The notes under the pieces: model-generated | Seen by the model: the letters and a program-made list of their open reading frames with translations, nothing else | Database searches by the model: none | What the model was told of the DNA's origin: nothing | Position numbers and translations under genes: made by a program | NCBI RefSeq assembly: GCF_003044035.1 | Contig: NZ_NVQC01000022.1 | Span: 60,001 to 92,000 of the forward strand | DNA from: Candidatus Methylomirabilis limnetica | Lineage (GTDB): Bacteria > Methylomirabilota > Methylomirabilia > Methylomirabilales > Methylomirabilaceae | DNA: 32,000 bases | Direction of reading: 5' to 3' | Shown here: positions 24,809 to 31,875 of the stretch, in pieces | Layout: each line of letters opens with the position of its first letter | Position numbering within the stretch: the stretch's first letter is position 1

Positions 24809-25579
24809 GTGGGACACTGGGCCAGGAGATCATTATCGTGGGTGGGTGAATTGGCCGTTGCAGTGACAATCGTAGGATTTGTCGGCGCGTCGAGCGCAAT
24901 GGCGGGGGATCCGCAATCGACCGGTGAAGGTGCTTCCCGACAAGTGGAAGGCGCAGTACTGCTGGAGACAGAGCAAATCGAAGAATACGACCCCTGGGAG
25001 CCTTATAACGAAAAGATCTTCGACTTCAACCATAAAGTATTTGATCGGTACGTCCTGAAACCCGTGTCGAAGGCGTGGGATTATCTGCCGGACCCTGTGC
25101 AGGAAAGTCTCGGTAACGTCTTCGATAACATCGCCATGCCTCGCCGTGTCGTCAATAACCTGCTACAGGCCAAATTCAAGGGGGCCGGCACCGAAGTGGC
25201 TCGCTTCGGCATCAACACAACGGTGGGTGTCGTCGGCCTCTTCGATGTCGCGAAGAAGGTGGGGCTTGAAAAGAGCGACGCGGATACGGGCCAAACGCTG
25301 GGTATCTGGGGAGTAGGCCCAGGTCCCTATTTAATCTTGCCCTTCTTGCCGCCGCTAACGGCCCGTGACGCCTTCGGCTTTGCGGCGGACGCGGCCCTGG
25401 ACCCACTGAATTACCTCATCCCGTTCGCCGCATTGGCCGGAAGGGGAACCGGGGAAGTCGTCAATGCCCGGTCGCAGAACCTGGAAACATTCGATAGCGT
25501 TGAAGAGTCTACCGTTGACTTGTACAGTGCGGTGCGGAATTTCTATCTGCAAGGGAGACAGCGGGCCATCGCGAAGTAA
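24809..25579 (+). CDS. mlaA: MlaA/VacJ-family lipoprotein
   Basis: 'YDPWEPYNEKIFDFNHKVFDRYVLKPVSKAWDYLP..V...L.N.F.N' and 'RF.INTTVGVVGLFDVA'. The start is placed at GTG 24809, 5 nt after the AGGAGAG core of a purine-rich tract. The track ORF starts at 24746. Confidence 0.8.
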   Translation: MGHWARRSLSWVGELAVAVTIVGFVGASSAMAGDPQSTGEGASRQVEGAVLLETEQIEEYDPWEPYNEKIFDFNHKVFDRYVLKPVSKAWDYLPDPVQESLGNVFDNIAMPRRVVNNLLQAKFKGAGTEVARFGINTTVGVVGLFDVAKKVGLEKSDADTGQTLGIWGVGPGPYLILPFLPPLTARDAFGFAADAALDPLNYLIPFAALAGRGTGEVVNARSQNLETFDSVEESTVDLYSAVRNFYLQGRQRAIAK

Positions 25580-25637
25580 TCGTCTACTCTCAACCCTCAC
25601 GCATTATAACGTGAAGCGGCTGTCACTACTGCCAAAT

Positions 25638-25821
25638 GTAACCATTCAGTTACGGGTAGAAAATCTCCCCCAGGCTTAATATATGCCGGGGCAGGCTCTA
25701 ACCCCTCTTTTCCAAAGAGGGGGACTAACTGTTTCCCCCTTTTAAAAAGGGGGATTAAGGGGGATTTTGTAAAAATACCACATTTTATTTAATGATTTCC
25801 CCCCTTTTACTGAATGGTTAC
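25638..25821. mobile_element. MITE copy 2, same family as 6258-6444
   Basis: Same TIRs ('gtaaccattcagt' 25638-25650 and 'actgaatggttac' 25809-25821), with a near-identical interior. The 8-bp flanks are 'tgccaaat' and 'tgccaact' (7 of 8 identical). Confidence 0.85.
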
Positions 25822-26340
25822 TGCCAACTCTTCCGGGTCTTGTATAGGTAAACGATATCCTGAATGCGCTTCTTGGTGTGGTAGGCAGGCGTCACTTCTG
25901 CACCTCTCGGAGCGGCTCTTCTCATCTCAGTGGGTCCCTGCTCCTTCGGCGGAGCTCGTACTGAGCTTCGTTGAAGTATCCGTTACCCCCTGCCTACTCA
26001 CGTCAATACCGAAGGCCCCACGTAACAGCCGGAAGAACCTCTTTCTTTAGGACCCCTTCTCTACCTCCGACAGACACAGGTCACGCCTCCCAACCCATTA
26101 GCATTGACCGTTATGCAGTTTCCTTATGCTCCCAAGGTGAGTTCGCTCTCTGGCGCTGGGTTCGTCACCTCTTTTCCCGTTAGGTCTCGTCAATAGGATC
26201 TACCCCAATTGGGATAGACCACGTCCCAAAACGGGTGAACAGAAGGGTATGGCCCTTCCTTCCACGCCTGGCTATGGCAGGGATGGCTACTAACTCGTGA
26301 GATCTATTGAGGAGAATCATTTTTGTTGGAATTCGCATTT

Positions 26341-26356
26341 TGGCACTGCTCCTGCA
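26341..26356 (+). promoter_or_regulatory. Sigma54 (-24/-12) promoter candidate
   Basis: 'TGGCACtgctcCTGCA' has GG and GC at the canonical spacing of the TGGCAC-N5-TTGCW consensus. It lies 80 nt upstream of ATG 26436, with an A/T-rich IHF-like tract just upstream. Confidence 0.6.
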
Positions 26357-26435
26357 GACGATAAGAATCATACTGTAACCAACGAGCCAAAGCATTGATG
26401 TGATGTCAAAACCAGGAAGGGGGTGATTCGAAGCG

Positions 26436-26702
26436 ATGATGAAGAAATTGGGTATCGTAGTGATGACTGCATTCTTCAGCGTCTCCGTGGCTGGTCTCAG
26501 CTTTGCTGACGAGGCGAAGAAGCATGAGGCCCCGGCTGCGGCGACCGGTGCTCCAGCCAACCCTTGCGCTGGCAAGGAGATGAAGAAGGAGCCGCCTAAG
26601 AAGGCCAAGAAGGCGGGACCGAAGGTGGAGGCTCCAGTGGCAGCCCCAGCGGCTGTACCAGCCCCGGCTGCTGCGCCTGCCGCAGCCCCAGTGAAGAAGT
26701 AG
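26436..26702 (+). CDS. Small secreted Ala/Pro/Lys-rich low-complexity protein, copy A
   Basis: Signal peptide 'MMKKLGIVVMTAFFSVSVAGLSFA', followed by an AP/K-rich tail. SD is GGAAGGGGGTGA. Confidence 0.7.
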   Translation: MMKKLGIVVMTAFFSVSVAGLSFADEAKKHEAPAAATGAPANPCAGKEMKKEPPKKAKKAGPKVEAPVAAPAAVPAPAAAPAAAPVKK

Positions 26703-26754
26703 CCGCTCTTCTGAAGATATGATGTCAAAACTAGAAAGGAGGTGATTGAAAGCG

Positions 26755-27018
26755 ATGATGAAGAAATTGGGTATCGTAGTGATGACTGCATTCTTCAGCG
26801 TCTCCGTGGCTGGTCTCAGCTTTGCTGACGAGAAGAAGGTTGCGGCCCCCACGGCGCCGGCTGTCGAGAAGGCGGCCCCAGCGGCTGCCGCTGGCGAGAA
26901 GGAAGTGAAGCCGAAGAAGCCCAAGAAGGCGGCCAAGAAGGCGGAAGAGGCCCCGGCTGCACCAGTTGCTGTACCAGCCCCAGCTGCTGCTCCTGTCGCA
27001 GCCCCAGTGAAGAAGTAG
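26755..27018 (+). CDS. Small secreted Ala/Pro/Lys-rich low-complexity protein, copy B (tandem paralog)
   Basis: The signal-peptide coding segment and C-terminal 'APVKK' are the same as in copy A. SD AAGGAGGTGA lies 8 nt before ATG 26755. Confidence 0.7.
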   Translation: MMKKLGIVVMTAFFSVSVAGLSFADEKKVAAPTAPAVEKAAPAAAAGEKEVKPKKPKKAAKKAEEAPAAPVAVPAPAAAPVAAPVKK

Positions 27019-27055
27019 CCACTGCGTGCTGTTCGTGTTCGAACACGTGCCAAAA

Positions 27056-27089
27056 GGCACCCCGCAACCAGCGGGGTGCCTTTTATTTT
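27056..27089 (+). terminator. Rho-independent terminator
   Basis: GGCACCCCGC-aacca-GCGGGGTGCC followed by TTTTATTTT. Confidence 0.85.
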
Positions 27090-27090
27090 C

Positions 27091-27119
27091 TTGACACTGC
27101 CGTGTTGGCAGGATAGAAA
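27091..27119 (+). promoter_or_regulatory. Candidate sigma70 promoter of the cobalamin operon
   Basis: TTGACA (27091-27096), a 17-nt spacer, then TAGAAA (27114-27119). Confidence 0.4.
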
Positions 27120-27125
27120 GACCAC

Positions 27126-27300
27126 GTCCTGCCAGAGTTAGGATGGCGCTGGGTCCGCCGATGGCGGAAATAGGGAAAACGGTGAAGCCCTACACCCGGA
27201 TCGTGGAGGGCCAGGCCGTTGCTGCCCCGCAACTGTAAGCGGCGTTGATATCTAAGGTAAGCCGCGAGCCAGGAACCTGCCCAGCCCCGAGGTGCTGATG
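27126..27300 (+). promoter_or_regulatory. Cobalamin (B12) riboswitch aptamer
   Basis: Conserved core strings 'aatagggaaaacggtgaagccc' and 'gctgccccgcaactgtaagcgg', plus the B12 box 'gagccaggaacctgcc' (27266-27281). It lies upstream of B12 genes. Boundaries are approximate. Confidence 0.85.
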
Positions 27301-27380
27301 ACCTTCCGAGGGGAAGGGCGGCCTTGTCGCGTACCGGGTTGATCGCGGCGTAGGTTTACCGTCCGGTTTGGGAAAGAAAA

Positions 27381-27412
27381 CCCCAATCCTCCTCCGAGGA
27401 TTGGGGTTTTTT
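27381..27412 (+). terminator. Riboswitch expression-platform terminator
   Basis: CCCCAATCCTC-ctcc-GAGGATTGGGG followed by TTTTTT, 78 nt before the first operon ATG. Confidence 0.8.
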
Positions 27413-27490
27413 GTTAAGGGATCATGAACTCAACTCCACCGGTCCCGATAGATAAAGAGATTCATCTGCTGTTTCGATGGGGGGGACCCT

Positions 27491-28792
27491 ATGACGGATC
27501 ATGCCTTTCCTGAAGCGTCGCGCCGAGCCCTCTATGAGGCGATCACGCGCCGCCGCGATATGCGGTCCTTTCTCCCCGATTCCATTCCGGCCGAGACCCT
27601 TGCTCGTATCCTCTTGGCGGCACATCAGTCCGGCTCAGTCGGATTCTCGCAACCGTGGAACTTTCTTGTTGTTGAGGATCGTGAGGTCCGCAGGCAGGTT
27701 CGTGCACATGTCGAGGCGGAGCGGCTGCGCGCCGCTGAAATGTTTGAGAAGGAGCACCGGGAGGAGTATCTCTCCTTCAAGCTGGAAGGGATCCTCGACG
27801 CGCCCATCAACCTATGCGTTACGTGCGACCAGGAGCGCTTTGGGCCGGCAGTGATCGGGCGGAACACGATTCCGGAAACCGCGGTTTATAGCACCTGCTG
27901 CGCCGTCCAGAACCTCTGGCTTGCCGCACGCGCAGAAGGTCTCGGCGTCGGGTGGGTGAGTATCCTCGATCCCGGCGCTCTCCGCACGATCCTGGGAATC
28001 CCGGACCGGATCATTCCCGTCGCCTACCTGTGCGTCGGTTTCGTCGAGAGCTTTCCGGAGCGGCCCATGCTCGAGACCATGGGCTGGTTGCCGCGGCTTC
28101 CGCTCCAAGAGGTAGTCTTTCATGACCGCTGGGCCGCGCGGCCACGACCCGACCTGCTCCGCGCACTTGAGACGAGCCGGATTAACGGTGAGCGCGCGAG
28201 CGAAGATGTGCGTCCGCAGACTCCGCCGAGGGCGCATTCCACTGACGACGAGCGGTCCGGAAAGGTGGAGCCATTGCGGAAAGGGCTGCTGCTGGTCTAC
28301 ACAGGGCAGGGCAAAGGGAAGACGACAGCGGCCCTGGGTATCGTCTTTCGGGCGCTCGGGCACGGCTTTCGGGTGGCCGTGGTCCAGTTTATCAAGGGCA
28401 AGTGGAAGACCGGTGAGCGGGTGTTAGCCGAGACACTCCCCGGGCTCACGTTCCTCGTAATGGGGCACGGATTCACCTGGGAGAGCGATGATCTCACATG
28501 GGACCGAAGCGCGGCCGTGGAGGCCTGGGCCAAGGCGAAGGAGCTCATTGCGAGCGGCGAACAGGCCGTGGTGGTCCTCGATGAGATTACGTACGCGATC
28601 AACTACGGCTTCATTGAGTTGGCGGACGTCCTAGCGACTCTTCGCGCGCGTCCGGCCCATGTGCACGTGGTTGTCACGGGGCGCAATGCGCAGGAGGACC
28701 TCTGTGTACTGGCCGACCTCGTGACGGAAATGAAGTCGGTGAAACACCCGTTCGAACGTGGCCTCAAGGCTCAGCCGGGGATCGACTATTGA
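27491..28792 (+). CDS. bluB-cobO: Fusion protein of BluB-like 5,6-dimethylbenzimidazole synthase (N-terminal) and CobO/BtuR-type cob(I)yrinic acid a,c-diamide adenosyltransferase (C-terminal)
   Basis: The N-terminal nitroreductase-fold BluB signature is 'AITRRRDMRSF..D.IP...L..IL.AAH.SGSVGFSQPW.F'. The C-terminal part has 'KGLLLVYTGQGKGKTTAALG..FRA.GHG.RV.VVQFIKG', 'VVLDEITYA' and 'VVTGRNA...L...ADLVTEM..VKHPF..G..AQ.GIDY'. Confidence 0.8.
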   Translation: MTDHAFPEASRRALYEAITRRRDMRSFLPDSIPAETLARILLAAHQSGSVGFSQPWNFLVVEDREVRRQVRAHVEAERLRAAEMFEKEHREEYLSFKLEGILDAPINLCVTCDQERFGPAVIGRNTIPETAVYSTCCAVQNLWLAARAEGLGVGWVSILDPGALRTILGIPDRIIPVAYLCVGFVESFPERPMLETMGWLPRLPLQEVVFHDRWAARPRPDLLRALETSRINGERASEDVRPQTPPRAHSTDDERSGKVEPLRKGLLLVYTGQGKGKTTAALGIVFRALGHGFRVAVVQFIKGKWKTGERVLAETLPGLTFLVMGHGFTWESDDLTWDRSAAVEAWAKAKELIASGEQAVVVLDEITYAINYGFIELADVLATLRARPAHVHVVVTGRNAQEDLCVLADLVTEMKSVKHPFERGLKAQPGIDY

Positions 28793-29178
28793 TGGTTCCG
28801 CGTCTCGTCATCGCAGGCACGTCCAGCAGCGTCGGAAAGACGACCGTCATGGTCGGCCTCGTCCCAGGTGAAGCTGAGATGCGAGATCGCCTGCAGGCTC
28901 TCGGATACGTAGAGGTGGAAACGCAGGACGTGACGATGCTCGGCCAACCAGGTCTGCGCTTCCGCGGACACCAATTTCGCTACTCGGACTTTCGACTCCA
29001 GGCGGAGGCCGAGTGCGTCTACACCGTTCGTCGCCGCCGCGGAGGCGAGGTGCTCCGAGAAGGCTATCGTATCGGCAACACACTTGCTTCGTATGTGCAC
29101 GCCCACTGGGCGTCAAACCCTCTTGCGGCCCAGGGGTTCGTTCACGCGTGCACCGTCTACGCGAGGAGGACGCGGTGA
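28792..29178 (+). pseudogene. cbiA: Collapsed cobyrinic acid a,c-diamide synthase (cbiA/cobB) remnant, 128 aa against about 430-460 aa expected
   Basis: The N-terminal P-loop segment 'PRLVIAGTSSSVGKTTVMVGL' joins directly to the extreme C-terminal segment '..LGYVEVET....L.....FRGHQFRYSDF....EGYRIGNTLASYVHAHWASNP'. The central ~300 aa are absent. 'GHEFHYS' has degenerated to 'GHQFRYS'. Confidence 0.65.
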
Positions 29179-29960
29179 ACGTACCTTTTCGCATCGGCGC
29201 CACTTCGTTTATCTACCCAGCCCGATGGCTTCCAAACGTCGAGCGGCTGGCCGGTCGGGTCGACGACATCGAGATTCTCTTGTTCGAACTCGAATCAGGC
29301 CTTCCGGACGAAGCGGAACTGCGCGCGCTCGTTGAGTGGAAGGGGCGAGCCGATCTGACCTATACAGTACACACGCCTCTCAACGTCAGTCTGGCGAGCG
29401 ACAGCAATTCGCAGCGTCAGACGGCCATCGAACAGGTCTGCCGCGCGATCGAGCTGGCAAGGCCGCTCCGGCCCCACGCCTATATCGTGCACGTCTACTT
29501 GGGCGACTGCGAGCACGATCGGGTGCCAACGGATCTTCCGGCCTGGCGTCGCCGCGCGGCGGGGTCGCTCGAGGCCATTTTGGACAGAGGGGTTTCTCCG
29601 GCAGACTTGTGCATTGAAACGCTCGACTACAATTTCTCACACATCGAGCCGGTCGTCAACGACCTTGGCCTCTCTGTGGCGATTGATCTCGGGCACCTTC
29701 ACCGCGACGAGCGTCCAGAGCGAGATCTGCTTCTCCTAAACCTACACCGTACGCGGGTGATCCAGTGGCACGGCGTGGACCCATCGGGGCGAGATCACCG
29801 CTCGCTCAAGCACTACCCGCACGAGAGTGCTCGCTGGGTCGTCGATACCCTGCTGAGCGTGTCGTACCGTGGTGTGCTTACGCTCGAAGTCTTTCGTGAG
29901 GCTGATTTTGAGGAGTCGCTTGCAGTCGTTCAGTCGCTGGTCGCGGGGGAGCCGTCATGA
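29175..29960 (+). CDS. Xylose-isomerase-like TIM-barrel protein (sugar phosphate isomerase/epimerase family), possibly a CbiR-type cobamide remodelling enzyme
   Basis: The start GTG 29175 (GTGA overlap with the cbiA' stop) follows GAGGAGGA. The protein starts 'VNVPFRIGATSFIYP..W..NV..L...VDDIEILLFE' and contains 'HVY.G', 'IETL' and 'DLGH' metal-ligand-like blocks. It sits inside a riboswitch-controlled B12 operon. Confidence 0.6.
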   Translation: MNVPFRIGATSFIYPARWLPNVERLAGRVDDIEILLFELESGLPDEAELRALVEWKGRADLTYTVHTPLNVSLASDSNSQRQTAIEQVCRAIELARPLRPHAYIVHVYLGDCEHDRVPTDLPAWRRRAAGSLEAILDRGVSPADLCIETLDYNFSHIEPVVNDLGLSVAIDLGHLHRDERPERDLLLLNLHRTRVIQWHGVDPSGRDHRSLKHYPHESARWVVDTLLSVSYRGVLTLEVFREADFEESLAVVQSLVAGEPS

Positions 29961-30163
29961 TCAGCGCTCGTTTGCTGCAACCGCCCGCGTTGCTGAGGTG
30001 CGCGGTGAGCGGAGTCCGCTTCGGGGCTGCGCCTGAGCACGGCGTTCCCACACGCTATGCCGGGAAGCAGACGGTTCTCGGCCATCTCATCGGGAGGGTG
30101 GTCGGAGAGGCGACCACCCAGAGTGTGAAGACATGGACACGTACGCGAGGGGTCGGCAGATGA
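29957..30163 (+). CDS. 68-aa ORF of unknown function, start and stop both overlapping neighbours
   Basis: ATGA overlap with the TIM-barrel stop (29957-29960) and ATGA overlap with the cobU start (30160-30163). No recognisable motif. Confidence 0.3.
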   Translation: MISARLLQPPALLRCAVSGVRFGAAPEHGVPTRYAGKQTVLGHLIGRVVGEATTQSVKTWTRTRGVGR

Positions 30164-30723
30164 GCGACGAAACCAGGATCGTATTGATCGGGGGAGGAGC
30201 GCGGTCTGGCAAGAGCGCCTTCGCCCTCTCGCTGGCACGGCGCCTCGGCGCGCGGCGCGCGTTCGTCGCGACCGCGCAGGCCATGGATGAGGAGATGAAG
30301 GAGAGAATCGCGGACCATGCCCGCACACGCGGTGCCGACTTTCGGACCGTCGAGGAACCACTCGCTCTGGCTGAGAGGTTGCTCGATCTTTGCGATATCG
30401 ACGTCGTCGTGATCGACTGCCTGACCCTGTGGCTTTCGAACTTGCTTCTCCGGGACGAGTCGGAGACGAGGATCTTGGAGCAGGTGCAAACCCTTGTCGG
30501 CGTCCTGGAACGGCGGGCGTTTCACGCCGTCATCGTGACGAACGAGGTGGGGATGGGCGTGGTGCCCGAGACGCCGCTCGGAAGGGCCTTCCGGGACGTT
30601 GCGGGCCGCGCCCACCAACGACTCGCTGGCGTCGCAGATGAGGTCTATCTGGCGATCCTCGGGTCGGTCCTGCGCATCCGACCCGAGCCCGTGTCGGTTC
30701 GAATCCTGGAAAGCGCATTATGA
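30160..30723 (+). CDS. cobU: Adenosylcobinamide kinase / adenosylcobinamide-phosphate guanylyltransferase
   Basis: P-loop 'LIGGGARSGKSAFA', with 'VVIDCLTLWLSNLL' and 'IVTNEVGMGVVPETPLGR.FRD..G...Q.LA..ADEVYL'. The start is taken at ATG 30160. Confidence 0.9.
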   Translation: MSDETRIVLIGGGARSGKSAFALSLARRLGARRAFVATAQAMDEEMKERIADHARTRGADFRTVEEPLALAERLLDLCDIDVVVIDCLTLWLSNLLLRDESETRILEQVQTLVGVLERRAFHAVIVTNEVGMGVVPETPLGRAFRDVAGRAHQRLAGVADEVYLAILGSVLRIRPEPVSVRILESAL

Positions 30724-31778
30724 GCAAGTTGACCGAGATCTGTTCCCGTATCAGAGAGCCCGACCATCGCATTGCAGAAGCAACGCAACGACTACTAGAC
30801 ATCAAGACCAAACCGCGGAGGAGTCTCGGTCGGCTCGAGGACCTTGCCTGCCAAGTGGCGGCGATTCGCGGCACGAACGCGCCTGATCCTCCCCAGAAGG
30901 CCATCGTAGTTATGGGGGCTGACCACGGCGTGGCCGAGGAGGGCGTCAGCGCCTATCCGCAAGAGGTCACCGGCCAGATGCTGCTCAACTTCGCGCGTGG
31001 CGGCGCGGCGATCAACGTGTTGGCGCGACATGCCGGTGCCCGGGTCGTAGTCGTGGACATGGGCGTGAAGGCGCCGCTCTCCGCGGCACCGGAGATCCGG
31101 GCGCACCGAATCGGGTCCGGCACGCACAACTTCACAAAAGGGCCCGCGATGACGCGAGAAGAAGCCATCGCGGCCGTCGAAGTTGGCATTCAGATCGCTG
31201 AGGAGCTGGTGCGGGATGGGGTGACCCTCCTGGGCATCGGCGATATGGGCATTGGCAACACGACCGCCGCGAGCGCCCTGGCCGCGGTGTTCACAGGAGC
31301 GCCTCCGGAGGACGTCGCAGGACGAGGCACCGGCATTGACGATGTGGCCCTCAAGCGGAAGGTTGACGTCATTCGGCGAGGGCTCTCGGTCAACCGGCCT
31401 GATCCACAGGATGGCGTCGATGCCCTGGCCAAGGTAGGGGGATTCGAGATCGCCGGGCTCGCCGGCGTAATCTTGGGTGGAGCGGCGTCCGGGATTGCAA
31501 TAGTGGTCGATGGATTCATCTGCGGCACCGCGGCGCTCGCCGCGACGCGAATCGCGCCGGTTACGGCAGAGCACCTCATTGCCTCGCACCGCTCTGCGGA
31601 GGTTGGACACCGGCTCGTGCTCCAAGCACTCGGCACCACGCCCCTGTTCGATCTGAATCTGCGTTTAGGCGAAGGCACCGGCGCGGTACTAGCCATGAAT
31701 CTCGTCGAGGCAGCGCTGTGCATCCTTCGCGAGATGGCGACATTCACCTCGGCGGGGGTGAGCGATAGTGGCGCCTAG
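30720..31778 (+). CDS. cobT: Nicotinate-nucleotide--dimethylbenzimidazole phosphoribosyltransferase
   Basis: 'KTKP..SLGRLEDLA.Q.A.I.G', 'MGADHGVAEEGVSAYPQEVT.QM..NF..GGAAINVLA', 'GIGDMGIGNTTAASAL' and 'LRLGEGTGA'. ATGA overlap with cobU. Confidence 0.9.
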   Translation: MSKLTEICSRIREPDHRIAEATQRLLDIKTKPRRSLGRLEDLACQVAAIRGTNAPDPPQKAIVVMGADHGVAEEGVSAYPQEVTGQMLLNFARGGAAINVLARHAGARVVVVDMGVKAPLSAAPEIRAHRIGSGTHNFTKGPAMTREEAIAAVEVGIQIAEELVRDGVTLLGIGDMGIGNTTAASALAAVFTGAPPEDVAGRGTGIDDVALKRKVDVIRRGLSVNRPDPQDGVDALAKVGGFEIAGLAGVILGGAASGIAIVVDGFICGTAALAATRIAPVTAEHLIASHRSAEVGHRLVLQALGTTPLFDLNLRLGEGTGAVLAMNLVEAALCILREMATFTSAGVSDSGA

Positions 31779-31875
31779 TTGTGTAGCAAGCAGCGATGGA
31801 GCCATCCCTCGCCATGTTCGCGCATGATCATCTCATGGGCGCTCTCCGTCAGGAGCTAGACCGCTGCTGGCGCCC

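Noticed and set aside
24615-24899. ORFs 24615..24899 (-) and 24622..24849 (+) upstream of mlaA.
   Set aside because: They have no motifs or SD, and they overlap each other and the mlaA 5' region. The mlaA start at GTG 24809, which has an SD, explains the region.
26180-27125. 203-aa and 239-aa minus-strand ORFs across the small AP-rich genes.
   Set aside because: They are antisense reads of low-complexity GCN-rich sequence (poly-Ala/Gly). The plus-strand genes have SDs, signal peptides and a terminator.
29013-29174. N-terminal extension of the TIM-barrel ORF (track 29013..29960).
   Set aside because: It overlaps the cbiA remnant out of frame and is an Arg-rich artefact. GTG 29175, preceded by GAGGAGGA, fits better.
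30055-31747. Long minus-strand ORFs (30055..30618, 30795..31625, 31190..31747).
   Set aside because: They are antisense to the strongly supported cobU and cobT genes.
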